Assembly: GCA_964247055.1 (NCBI GenBank)
Contig: OZ176054.1
Span: 13,471,746 to 13,535,745 of the forward strand
Length of the DNA stretch: 64,000 nucleotides
DNA from: Paragordius varius
Taxonomy: Eukaryota > Animalia > Nematomorpha
Direction: 5' to 3'
In this document: in pieces, positions 36,968-50,882 of the stretch
Layout: every line of letters begins with the position of its first letter
Numbering within the stretch: position 1 is the stretch's first letter
Position numbers and translations under genes: made by a program
The notes under the pieces: model-generated
Database searches by the model: none
What the model was told of the DNA's origin: nothing
What the model saw: the letters and a program-made list of their open reading frames with translations, nothing else

Positions 36968-39900
36968 TAGATGTTTTGATGCAACTGTCTTTATGGATTA
37001 TCGTATATTCAGTTTACATCCATCCGTCACCGAAACCACCCCTTTTCAGTATTAGGATAGATGGAGTTAGGAATGTTGGACAACTGATTTTGATGTAACT
37101 GTGTTAATGGATTATCGGTTATTGAGTTTACATCCATCTGTCACCGAAACCACCCCTTTTCAGTATTAGGATAGATGGAGTTAAGAATGTTGGACAACTG
37201 ATTTTGATGTAACTGTGTTAATGGATTATCGGTTATTGAGTTTACATCCATCTGTCACCGAAATCACCCCTTTTCAGTATTAGGATAGATGGAGTTAGGA
37301 ATGTTGGACAACTGATTTTGATGTAACTGTGTTAATGGATTATCGTATATCCAGTTTACATCCATCCGTCACTGAAACCACCCCTTTTCAGTATTAGGAT
37401 AGATGGAGTTAGGAATGTTGGACAACTGATTTTGATGTAACTGTGTTAATGGATTATCATATATTAAGTTTACATCCATCCGTCACTGAAACCACCCCTT
37501 TTCAGTATTAGGATAGATGGAGTTAGGAATGTTGGACAACTGATTTTGATGTAACTGTGTTAATGGATTATCGTATATTAAGTTTACATCCATCCGTCAC
37601 CAAAACCACCCCTTAGTATTAAGATAGATGGAGTTAGGAATGTTGGACAACTGATTTTGATGTAACTGCGTTAATGGATTATCGGTTATTGAGTTTACAT
37701 CCATCCGTCACCGAAACCACCCCTTTTCAGTATTAGGATAGATGGAGTTAAGAATGTTGGACAACTGATTTTGATGTAACTGTGTTAATGGATTATCGGT
37801 TATTGAGTTTACATCCATCCGTCACCGAAACCACCCCATTTCAGTATTAGAATAGATGGAGTTAGGAATGTTGGACAACTGATTTTGATGTTACTGTGTT
37901 AATGGATTATCGGTTATTGAGTTTACATCCATCCGTCACCGAAACCACCCCTTTTCAGTATTAGGATAGATGGAGTTAAGAATGTTGGAATACTGATTTT
38001 GATGTAACTGTGTTAATGGATTATCGTATATAGAGTTTACATCCATCCGTCACCGAAATCACCCCTTTTCAGTATTAGGATAGATGGAGTTAAGAATGTT
38101 GGACAACTGATTTTGATGTAACTGTGTTAATGGATTATCGGTTATTGAGTTTACATCCATCCGTCACCGAAATCACCCCTTTTCAGTATTAGGATAGATG
38201 GAGTTAAGAATGTTGGACAACTGATTTTGATGTAACTGTGTTAATGGATTATCGGTTATTGAGTTTACATCCATCCGTCACCAAAACCACCCCTTTTCAG
38301 TATTAGGATAGATGGAGTTAAGAATGTTGGACAACTGATTTTGATGTAACTGTGTTAATGGATTATCGGTTATTGAGTTTACATCCATCCGTCACCGAAA
38401 ACACCCCTTTTCAGTATTAGGATAGATGGAGTTAGGAATGTTGGACAACTGATTTTGATGTAACTGTGTTAATGGATTATCGGTTATTGAGTTTACATCC
38501 ATCCGCCACCGAAACCACCCCTTTTCAGTATTAGGATAGATGGAGTTAAGAATGTTGGACAACTGATTTTGATGTAACTGTGTTAATGGATTATCGGTTA
38601 TTGAGTTTACATCCATCCGTCACCGAAACCACCCCTTTTCAGTATTAGGATAGATGGAGTTAAGAATGTTGGACAACTGATTTTGATGTAACTGTGTTAA
38701 TGGATTATCGGTTATTGAGTTTACATCCATCCGTCACCGAAACCACCCCTTTTCAGTATTAGGATAGATGGAGTTAAGAATGTTGGACAACTGATTTTGA
38801 TGTAACTGTGTTAATGGATTATCGGTTATTGAGTTTACATCCATCCGTCACCGAAACCACCCCTTTTCAGTATTAGGATAGATGGAGTTAAGAATGTTGG
38901 ACAACTGATTTTGATGTAACTGTGTTAATGGATTATCGGTTATTGAGTTTACATCCATCTGTCACCGAAACCACCCCTTTTCAGTATTAGGATAGATGGA
39001 GTTAAGAATGTTGGAGAACTGATTTTGATGTAACTGTGTTAATGGATTATCGGTTATTGAGTTTACATCCATCCGTCACCGAAACCACCCCTTTTCAGTA
39101 TTAGGATAGATGGAGTTAAGAATGTTGGACAACTGATTTTGATGTAACTGTGTTAATGGATTATCGGTTATTGAGTTTACATCCATCCGTCACCGAAACC
39201 ACCCCTTTTCAGTATTAGGATAGATGGAGTTAAGAATGTTGGACAACTGATTTTGATGTAACTGTGTTAATGGATTATCGGTTATTGAGTTTACATCCAT
39301 CCGTCACCGAAACCACCCCTTTTCAGTATTAGGATAGATGGAGTTAAGAATGTTGGACAACTGATTTTGATGTAACTGTGTTAATGGATTATCGGTTATT
39401 GAGTTTACATCCATCCGTCACCGAAACAACCCCTTTTCAGTATTAGGATAGATGGAGTTAAGAATGTTGGACAACTGATTTTGATGTAACTGTGTTAATG
39501 GATTATCGGTTATTGAGTTTACATCCATCTGTCACCGAAACCACCCCTTTTCAGTATTAGGATAGATGGAGTTAAGAATGTTGGACAACTGATTTTGATG
39601 TAACTGTGTTAATGGATTATCGGTTATTGAGTTTACATCCATCTGTCACCGAAATCACCCCTTTTCAGTATTAGGATAGATGGAGTTAGGAATGTTGGAC
39701 AACTGATTTTGATGTAACTGTGTTAATGGATTATCGTATATCCAGTTTACATCCATCCGTCACTGAAACCACCCCTTTTCAGTATTAGGATAGATGGAGT
39801 TAGGAATGTTGGACAACTGATTTTGATGTAACTGTGTTAATGGATTATCATATATTAAGTTTACATCCATCCGTCACTGAAACCACCCCTTTTCAGTATT

Positions 39901-42900
39901 AGGATAGATGGAGTTAGGAATGTTGGACAACTGATTTTGATGTAACTGTGTTAATGGATTATCGTATATTAAGTTTACATCCATCCGTCACCAAAACCAC
40001 CCCTTAGTATTAAGATAGATGGAGTTAGGAATGTTGGACAACTGATTTTGATGTAACTGTGTTAATGGATTATCGTATATCCAGTTTACATCCATCCGTC
40101 ACTGAAACCACCCCTTTTCAGTATTAGGATAGATGGAGTTAGGAATGTTGGACAACTGATTTTGATGTAACTGTGTTAATGGATTATCGGTTATTGAGTT
40201 TACATCAATCCGTCACCGAAACCACACCTTTTCAGTATTTGGATAGATGGAGTTAAGAATGTTGGACAACAGATTTTGATGTAACTGCGTTAATGGATTA
40301 TCGGTTATTGAGTTTACATCCATCCGTCACCGAAACCACCCCTTTTCAGTATTAGGATAGATGGAGTTAAGAATGTTGGACAACTGATTTTGATGTAACT
40401 GTGTTAATGGATTATCGGTTATTGAGTTTACATCCATCCGTCACCGAAACCACCCCATTTCAGTATTAGAATAGATGGAGTTAGGAATGTTGGACAACTG
40501 ATTTTGATGTTACTGTGTTAATGGATTATCGGTTATTGAGTTTACATCCATCCGTCACCGAAACCACCCCTTTTCAGTATTAGGATAGATGGAGTTAAGA
40601 ATGTTGGACAACTGATTTTGATGTAACTGTGTTAATGGATTATCGGTTATTGAGTTTACATCCATCCGTCACCGAAACCACCCCTTTTCAGTATTAGGAT
40701 AGATGGAGTTAAGAATGTTGGACAACTGATTTTGATGTAACTGTGTTAATGGATTATCGTATATTAAGTTTACATCCATCCGTCACCGAAACCACCCCTT
40801 TTCAGTATTAGGATAGATGGAGTTAGGAATGTTGGACAACTGATTTTGATGTAACTGTGTTAATGGATTATCGTATATCCAGTTTACATCCATCCGTCAC
40901 TGAAACCACCCCTTTTCAGTATTAGGATAGATGGAGTTAGGAATGTTGGACAACTGATTTTGATGTAACTGTGTTAATGGATTATCGTATATTAAGTTTA
41001 CATCCATCCGTCACCGAAACCACCCCTTTTCAGTATTAGGATAGATGGAGTTAGGAATGTTGGACAACTGATTTTGATGTAACTGTGTTAATGGATTATC
41101 ATATATTAAGTTTACATCCATCCGTCACCAAAACCACCCCTTTTCAGTATTAGGATAGATTGAGTTAGGAATGTTGGACAACTGATTTTGATGTAACTGT
41201 GTTAATGGATTATCGTATATTAAGTTTACATCCATCCGTCACCAAAACCACCCCTTAGTATTAAGATAGATGGAGTTAGGAATGTTGGACAACTGATTTT
41301 GATGTAACTGTGTTAATGGATTATCGGTTATTGAGTTTACATCGATCCGTCACCGAAACCACCCCTTTTCAGTATTTGGATAGATGGAGTTAAGAATGTT
41401 GGACAACAGATTTTGATGTAACTGCGTTAATGGATTATCGGTTATTGAGTTTACATCCATCCGTCACCGAAACCACCCCTTTTCAGTATTAGGATAGATG
41501 GAGTTAAGAATGTTGGACAACTGATTTTGATGTAACTGTGTTAATGGATTATCGGTTATTGAGTTTACATCCATCCGTCACCGAAACCACCCCATTTCAG
41601 TATTAGAATAGATGGAGTTAGGAATGTTGGACAACTGATTTTGATGTTACTGTGTTAATGGATTATCGGTTATTGAGTTTACATCCATCCGTCACCGAAA
41701 CCACCCCTTTTCAGTATTAGGATAGATGGAGTTAAGAATGTTGGACAACTGATTTTGATGTAACTGTGTTAATGGATTATCGGTTATTGAGTTTACATCC
41801 ATCCGTCACCGAAACCACCCCTTTTCAGTATTAGGATAGATGGAGTTAAGAATGTTGGACAACTGATTTTGATGTAACTGTGTTAATGGATTATCGGTTA
41901 TTGAGTTTACATCCATCCGTCACCGAAACCACCCCTTTTCAGTATTAGGATAGATGGAGTTAAGAATGTTGGACAACTGATTTTGATGTAACTGTGTTAA
42001 TGGATTATCGGTTATTGAGTTTACATCCATCCGTCACCGAAACCACCCCTTTTCAGTATTAGGATAGATGGAGTTAAGAATGTTGGACAACTGATTTTGA
42101 TGTAACTGTGTTAATGGATTATCGGTTATTGAGTTTACATCCATCTGTCACCGAAACCACCCCTTTTCAGTATTAGGATAGATGGAGTTAAGAATGTTGG
42201 AGAACTGATTTTGATGTAACTGTGTTAATGGATTATCGGTTATTGAGTTTACATCCATCTGTCACCGAAACCACCCCTTTTCAGTATTAGGATAGATGGA
42301 GTTAAGAATGTTGGACAACTGATTTTGATGTAACTGTGTTAATGGATTATCGTATATAGAGTTTACATCCATCCGTCACCGAAATCACCCCTTTTCAGTA
42401 TTAGGATAGATGGAGTTAAGAATGTTGGACAACTGATTTTGATGTAACTGTGTTAATGGATTATCGGTTATTGAGTTTACATCCATCCGTCACCGAAAAC
42501 ACCCCTTTTCAGTATTAGGATAGATGGAGTTAGGAATGTTGGACAACTGATTTTGATGTAACTGTGTTAATGGATTATCGGTTATTGAGTTTACATCCAT
42601 CCGCCACCGAAACCACCCCTTTTCAGTATTAGGATAGATGGAGTTAAGAATGTTGGACAACTGATTTTGATGTAACTGTGTTAATGGATTATCGGTTATT
42701 GAGTTTACATCCATCTGTCACCGAAACCACCCCTTTTCAGTATTTGGATAGATGGAGTTAAGAATGTTGGACAACAGATTTTGATGTAACTGCGTTAATG
42801 GATTATCGGTTATTGAGTTTACATCCATCCGTCACCGAAACCACCCCTTTTCAGTATTAGGATAGATGGAGTTAAGAATGTTGGACAACTGATTTTGATG

Positions 42901-45900
42901 TAACTGTGTTAATGGATTATCGGTTATTGAGTTTACATCCATCCGTCACCGAAACCACCCCATTTCAGTATTAGAATAGATGGAGTTAGGAATGTTGGAC
43001 AACTGATTTTGATGTTACTGTGTTAATGGATTATCGGTTATTGAGTTTACATCCATCCGTCACCGAAACCACCCCTTTTCAGTATTAGGATAGATGGAGT
43101 TAAGAATGTTGGAGAACTGATTTTGATGTAACTGTGTTAATGGATTATCGGTTATTGAGTTTACATCCATCTGTCACCGAAACCACCCCTTTTCAGTATT
43201 AGGATAGATGGAGTTAAGAATGTTGGACAACTGATTTTGATGTAACTGTGTTAATGGATTATCGTATATAGAGTTTACATCCATCCGTCACCGAAATCAC
43301 CCCTTTTCAGTATTAGGATAGATGGAGTTAAGAATGTTGGACAACTGATTTTGATGTAACTGTGTTAATGGATTATCGGTTATTGAGTTTACATCCATCC
43401 GTCACCGAAAACACCCCTTTTCAGTATTAGGATAGATGGAGTTAGGAATGTTGGACAACTGATTTTGATGTAACTGTGTTAATGGATTATCGGTTATTGA
43501 GTTTACATCCATCCGCCACCGAAACCACCCCTTTTCAGTATTAGGATAGATGGAGTTAAGAATGTTGGACAACTGATTTTGATGTAACTGTGTTAATGGA
43601 TTATCGGTTATTGAGTTTACATCCATCTGTCACCGAAACCACCCCTTTTCAGTATTAGGATAGATGGAGTTAAGAATGTTGGAATACTGATTTTGATGTA
43701 ACTGTGTTAATGGATTATCGTATATAGAGTTTACATCCATCCGTCACCGAAATCACCCCTTTTCAGTATTAGGATAGATGGAGTTAAGAATGTTGGACAA
43801 CTGATTTTGATGTAACTGTGTTAATGGATTATCGGTTATTGAGTTTACATCCATCCGTCACCGAAACCACCCCTTTTCAGTATTAGGATAGATGGAGTTA
43901 AGAATGTTGGACAACTGATTTTGATGTAACTGTGTTAATGGATTATCGGTTATTGAGTTTACATCCATCCGTCACCGAAACCACCCCTTTTCAGTATTAG
44001 GATAGATGGAGTTAAGAATGTTGGACAACTGATTTTGATGTAACTGTGTTAATGGATTATCGGTTATTGAGTTTACATCCATCCGTCACCGAAACAACCC
44101 CTTTTCAGTATTAGGATAGATGGAGTTAGGAATGTTGGACAACTGATTTTGATGTAACTGTGTTAATGGATTATCGGTTATTGAGTTTACATCCATCTGT
44201 CACCGAAACCACCCCTTTTCAGTATTAGGATAGATGGAGTTAAGAATGTTGGACAACTGATTTTGATGTAACTGTGTTAATGGATTATCGGTTATTGAGT
44301 TTACATCCATCTGTCACCGAAACCACCCCTTTTCAGTATTAGGATAGATGGAGTTAAGAATGTTGGACAACTGATTTTGATGTAACTGTGTTAATGGATT
44401 ATCGTATATAGAGTTTACATCCATCCGTCACCGAAATCACCCCTTTTCAGTATTAGGATAGATGGAGTTAAGAATGTTGGACAACTGATTTTGATGTAAC
44501 TGTGTTAATGGATTATCGGTTATTGAGTTTACATCCATCCGTCACCGAAAACACCCCTTTTCAGTATTAGGATAGATGGAGTTAGGAATGTTGGACAACT
44601 GATTTTGATGTAACTGTGTTAATGGATTATCGGTTATTGAGTTTACATCCATCCGCCACCGAAACCACCCCTTTTCAGTATTAGGATAGATGGAGTTAAG
44701 AATGTTGGACAACTGATTTTGATGTAACTGTGTTAATGGATTATCGGTTATTGAGTTTACATCCATCTGTCACCGAAACCACCCCTTTTCAGTATTAGGA
44801 TAGATGGAGTTAAGAATGTTGGAATACTGATTTTGATGTAACTGTGTTAATGGATTATCGTATATAGAGTTTACATCCATCCGTCACCGAAATCACCCCT
44901 TTTCAGTATTAGGATAGATGGAGTTAAGAATGTTGGACAACTGATTTTGATGTAACTGTGTTAATGGATTATCGGTTATTGAGTTTACATCCATCCGTCA
45001 CCGAAACCACCCCTTTTCAGTATTAGGATAGATGGAGTTAAGAATGTTGGACAACTGATTTTGATGTAACTGTGTTAATGGATTATCGGTTATTGAGTTT
45101 ACATCCATCCGTCACCGAAACCACCCCTTTTCAGTATATAGATGGAGTTAAGAATGTTGGACAACTGATTTTGATGTAACTGTGTTAATGGATTATCGTA
45201 TATTAAGTTTACATCCATCCGTCACCAAAACCACCCCTTAGTATTAAGATAGATGGAGTTAGGAATGTTGGACAACTGATTTTGATGTAACTGTGTTAAT
45301 GGATTATCGGTTATTGAGTTTACATCGATCCGTCACCGAAACCACCCCTTTTCAGTATTTGGATAGATGGAGTTAAGAATGTTGGACAACAGATTTTGAT
45401 GTAACTGCGTTAATGGATTATCGGTTATTGAGTTTACATCCATCCGTCACCGAAACCACCCCTTTTCAGTATTAGGATAGATGGAGTTAAGAATGTTGGA
45501 CAACTGATTTTGATGTAACTGTGTTAATGGATTATCGGTTATTGAGTTTACATCCATCCGTCACCGAAACCACCCCATTTCAGTATTAGAATAGATGGAG
45601 TTAGGAATGTTGGACAACTGATTTTGATGTTACTGTGTTAATGGATTATCGGTTATTGAGTTTACATCCATCCGTCACCGAAACCACCCCTTTTCAGTAT
45701 TAGGATAGATGGAGTTAAGAATGTTGGACAACTGATTTTGATGTAACTGTGTTAATGGATTATCGGTTATTGAGTTTACATCCATCCGTCACCGAAACAA
45801 CCCCTTTTCAGTATTAGGATAGATGGAGTTAAGAATGTTGGACAACTGATTTTGATGTAACTGTGTTAATGGATTATCGGTTATTGAGTTTACATCCATC

Positions 45901-48900
45901 TGTCACCGAAACCACCCCTTTTCAGTATTAGGATAGATGGAGTTAAGAATGTTGGACAACTGATTTTGATGTAACTGTGTTAATGGATTATCGGTTATTG
46001 AGTTTACATCCATCTGTCACCGAAACCACCCCTTTTCAGTATTAGGATAGATGGAGTTAAGAATGTTGGACAACTGATTTTGATGTAACTGTGTTAATGG
46101 ATTATCGTATATAGAGTTTACATCCATCCGTCACCGAAATCACCCCTTTTCAGTATTAGGATAGATGGAGTTAAGAATGTTGGACAACTGATTTTGATGT
46201 AACTGTGTTAATGGATTATCGGTTATTGAGTTTACATCCATCCGTCACCGAAAACACCCCTTTTCAGTATTAGGATAGATGGAGTTAGGAATGTTGGACA
46301 ACTGATTTTGATGTAACTGTGTTAATGGATTATCGGTTATTGAGTTTACATCCATCCGCCACCGAAACCACCCCTTTTCAGTATTAGGATAGATGGAGTT
46401 AAGAATGTTGGACAACTGATTTTGATGTAACTGTGTTAATGGATTATCGGTTATTGAGTTTACATCCATCTGTCACCGAAACCACCCCTTTTCAGTATTA
46501 GGATAGATGGAGTTAAGAATGTTGGAATACTGATTTTGATGTAACTGTGTTAATGGATTATCGTATATAGAGTTTACATCCATCCGTCACCGAAATCACC
46601 CCTTTTCAGTATTAGGATAGATGGAGTTAAGAATGTTGGACAACTGATTTTGATGTAACTGTGTTAATGGATTATCGGTTATTGAGTTTACATCCATCCG
46701 TCACCGAAATCACCCCTTTTCAGTATTAGGATAGATGGAGTTAAGAATGTTGGACAACTGATTTTGATGTAACTGTGTTAATGGATTATCGGTTATTGAG
46801 TTTACATCCATCCGTCACCAAAACCACCCCTTTTCAGTATTAGGATAGATGGAGTTAAGAATGTTGGACAACTGATTTTGATGTAACTGTGTTAATGGAT
46901 TATCGGTTATTGAGTTTACATCCATCCGTCTCCGAAATCACCCCTTTTCAGTATTAGGATAGTAGGAGTTAAGAATGTTGGACAACTGATTTTGATGTAA
47001 CTGTGTTAATGGATTATCGGTTATTGAGTTTACATCCATCCGTCACCGAAACCACCCCTTTTCAGTATTAGGATAGATGGACCTAGGAATATTTGACAAC
47101 TGATTTTGATGTAACTGTGTTAATGGATTATCGTATATTAAGTTAACATCCATCCGTCACCAAAACCACCCCTTTTCAGTATTAGAATAGATGGAGTTAA
47201 GAATGTTGGACAACTGATTTTGATGTAACTGTGTTAATGGATTATCGTTTAACATCCATCCGTCACCGAAACCACCCCTTTTCAGTATTAGGATAGATGG
47301 AGTTAAGAATGTTGGACAACTGATTTTGATGTAACTGTGTTAATGGATTATCGGTTATTGAGTTTACATCCATCCGTCTCCGAAATCACCCCTTTTCAGT
47401 ATTAGGATAGATGGAGTTAAGAATGTTGGACAACTGATTTTGATGTAACTGTGTTATTGGATTATCGGTTATTGAGTTTACATCCATCCGTCACCAAAAC
47501 CACCCCTTTTCAGTATTAGGATAGATGGAGTTAGGAATGTTGGACAACTGATTTTGATGTAACTGTGTTAATGGATTATCGTTTTACATCCATCCGTCAC
47601 GAAACCACCCCTTTTCAGTATTAAGATAGATGGAGTTAGGAATATTTGACAACTGATTTTGATGTAACTGTGTTAATGGATTATCGTTTTACATCCATCC
47701 GTCACCAAAACCACCCCTTTTCAGTTTTAGGATAGATGGAGTTAGGAATGTTGGACAACTGATTTTGATGTAACTGTGTTAATGGATTATCGGTTATTGA
47801 GTTTACATCCATCCGTCTCCGAAATCACCCCTTTTCAGTATTAGGATAGTAGGAGTTAAGAATGTTGGACAACTGATTTTGATGTAACTGTGTTAATGGA
47901 TTATCGGTTATTGAGTTTACATCCATCCGTCACCGAAACCACCCCTTTTCAGTATTAGGATAGATGGAGTTAAGAATGTTGGACAACTGATTTTGATGTA
48001 ACTGTGTTAATGGATTATCGGTTATTGAGTTTACATCCATCCGTCACCGAAAACACCCCTTTTCAGTATTAGGATAGATGGAGTTAGGAATGTTGGACAA
48101 CTGATTTTGATGTAACTGTGTTAATGGATTATCGGTTATTGAGTTTACATCCATCCGCCACCGAAACCACCCCTTTTCAGTATTAGGATAGATGGAGTTA
48201 AGAATGTTGGACAACTGATTTTGATGTAACTGTGTTAATGGATTATCGGTTATTGAGTTTACATCCATCTGTCACCGAAACCACCCCTTTTCAGTATTAG
48301 GATAGATGGAGTTAAGAATGTTGGAATACTGATTTTGATGTAACTGTGTTAATGGATTATCGTATATAGAGTTTACATCCATCCGTCACCGAAATCACCC
48401 CTTTTCAGTATTAGGATAGATGGAGTTAAGAATGTTGGACAACTGATTTTGATGTAACTGTGTTAATGGATTATCGGTTATTGAGTTTACATCCATCCGT
48501 CACCGAAATCACCCCTTTTCAGTATTAGGATAGATGGAGTTAAGAATGTTGGACAACTGATTTTGATGTAACTGTGTTAATGGATTATCGGTTATTGAGT
48601 TTACATCCATCCGTCACCAAAACCACCCCTTTTCAGTATTAGGATAGATGGAGTTAAGAATGTTGGACAACTGATTTTGATGTAACTGTGTTAATGGATT
48701 ATCGGTTATTGAGTTTACATCCATCCGTCTCCGAAATCACCCCTTTTCAGTATTAGGATAGTAGGAGTTAAGAATGTTGGACAACTGATTTTGATGTAAC
48801 TGTGTTAATGGATTATCGGTTATTGAGTTTACATCCATCCGTCACCGAAACCACCCCTTTTCAGTATTAGGATAGATGGACCTAGGAATATTTGACAACT

Positions 48901-49862
48901 GATTTTGATGTAACTGTGTTAATGGATTATCGTATATTAAGTTAACATCCATCCGTCACCAAAACCACCCCTTTTCAGTATTAGAATAGATGGAGTTAAG
49001 AATGTTGGACAACTGATTTTGATGTAACTGTGTTAATGGATTATCGTTTAACATCCATCCGTCACCGAAACCACCCCTTTTCAGTATTAGGATAGATGGA
49101 GTTAAGAATGTTGGACAACTGATTTTGATGTAACTGTGTTAATGGATTATCGGTTATTGAGTTTACATCCATCCGTCTCCGAAATCACCCCTTTTCAGTA
49201 TTAGGATAGATGGAGTTAAGAATGTTGGACAACTGATTTTGATGTAACTGTGTTATTGGATTATCGGTTATTGAGTTTACATCCATCCGTCACCAAAACC
49301 ACCCCTTTTCAGTATTAGGATAGATGGAGTTAGGAATGTTGGACAACTGATTTTGATGTAACTGTGTTAATGGATTATCGTTTTACATCCATCCGTCACG
49401 AAACCACCCCTTTTCAGTATTAAGATAGATGGAGTTAGGAATATTTGACAACTGATTTTGATGTAACTGTGTTAATGGATTATCGTTTTACATCCATCCG
49501 TCACCAAAACCACCCCTTTTCAGTTTTAGGATAGATGGAGTTAGGAATGTTGGACAACTGATTGATGTAACTGTGTTAATGGATTATCGGTTATTGAGTT
49601 TACATCCATCCGTCACCGAAACCACCCCTTTTCAGTATTAGGATAGATGGAGTTAAGAATGTTGGACAACTGATTTTGATGAAACTTTGTTAATGGATTA
49701 TCGGTTATTGAGTTTACATCCATCCGTCACCGAAACCACCCCTTTTCAGTATTAGGATAGATGGAGTTAGGAATGTTGGACAACTGATTTTGATGTAACT
49801 GTGTTAATGGATTATCATATATTAAGTTTACATCCATCCGTCACCGAAACCACCCCTTTTCA
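36968..49862. repeat. Tandem satellite array, 114-bp monomer, about 113 copies
   Basis: Unit GTTTACATCCATCCGTCACCGAAACCACCCCTTTTCAGTATTAGGATAGATGGAGTTAAGAATGTTGGACAACTGATTTTGATGTAACTGTGTTAATGGATTATCGGTTATTGA repeated head-to-tail with recurrent variants. Confidence 0.99.
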
Positions 49863-50882
49863 ATATTAAAATGGATGAAGATGATTTATTGTCAAAATTT
49901 AAAAAACATTAAATTTAATAAAATGATTGTTGCGCAAGTTAAAGAAGCTCATGCTTAAAACAATTTGTTAACTATATCAAAAATCTTATTATACCAAACA
50001 TTTGACAGTCAAAGCATTAAAACTAAAAGACAAATTTTTTTATTAAAACAATCTTACTTTTCATAACCTAGATATCGTTGTTTTAGCTATTTCGTATGAA
50101 TAGTTACGCCATATTGCAAGATATTTCCTACATAAATTATATAATTGCAAAAGTTATATAATTGACATAAATCCCCGTTTCCCATAAAGAGATGACTTGA
50201 ATTTAAAGGGAATTAAGAGAAGATATGGTTAATTTTTTTAAATATTTAATTTTTACACGTTGTCTTTGCAGTATGTAAATTACTCTAAATTTCGCTCAAT
50301 AATGAATAAAAAATGCTATAAATTCATTTCAAAGTATAACTCTATATCCAAGATGATAACTAATAGCTTAATTTTTAGGAAGTATTTTTAAAACTTTTTG
50401 CTTGATATCTACCTACTTTAGGGCTCTCATATTTACATAAAATTTAAATATTCTATTTCTTTAAATTGGCTATAATACTATATAACATATGATATTCAGA
50501 ATAATAACTTAGATTGGGCAGAAGTATGAATTTTTTAAAATATTAATAAATGGAAATTTATTATACTGATTATACCCGTCTTTGTAAAGAATTATAGGCC
50601 TAAAAGTTAATCACACAACAATATAAGGGCTGTCTGTGATCGATAAATGTTTCATTAGTTTTGTACACCAAAGAGGTCAATGATTAATTTTTTAATTTAA
50701 CACAATAGATTCCCACATCAAGTGGAATTATTTAAATTTCGCTAACAACGCATACTTTGTGTGTATACATTGAATGATTTAGGACATTCATTATCACGCT
50801 TTTTATCTAACAAAATTAACTGATAAATATCTTCATGTGTTATATATACATAAAATTTATTATATAAAAAACGATCAATTAA

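Noticed and set aside
36968-49862. Satellite as a CRISPR array
   Set aside because: Units are near-identical along their whole length with no unique spacers, there are no cas genes, and the context is a spliced eukaryotic genome
36968-49862. Plus-strand satellite frame LHPSVTETTPFQY*DRWS*ECWTTDFDVTVLMDYRLLS read with TAA/TAG as sense codons
   Set aside because: TAA and TAG interchange at two sites, but by hand count only about a third of variants are synonymous, several deletions break the frame, and real genes here use TAA/TAG as terminators
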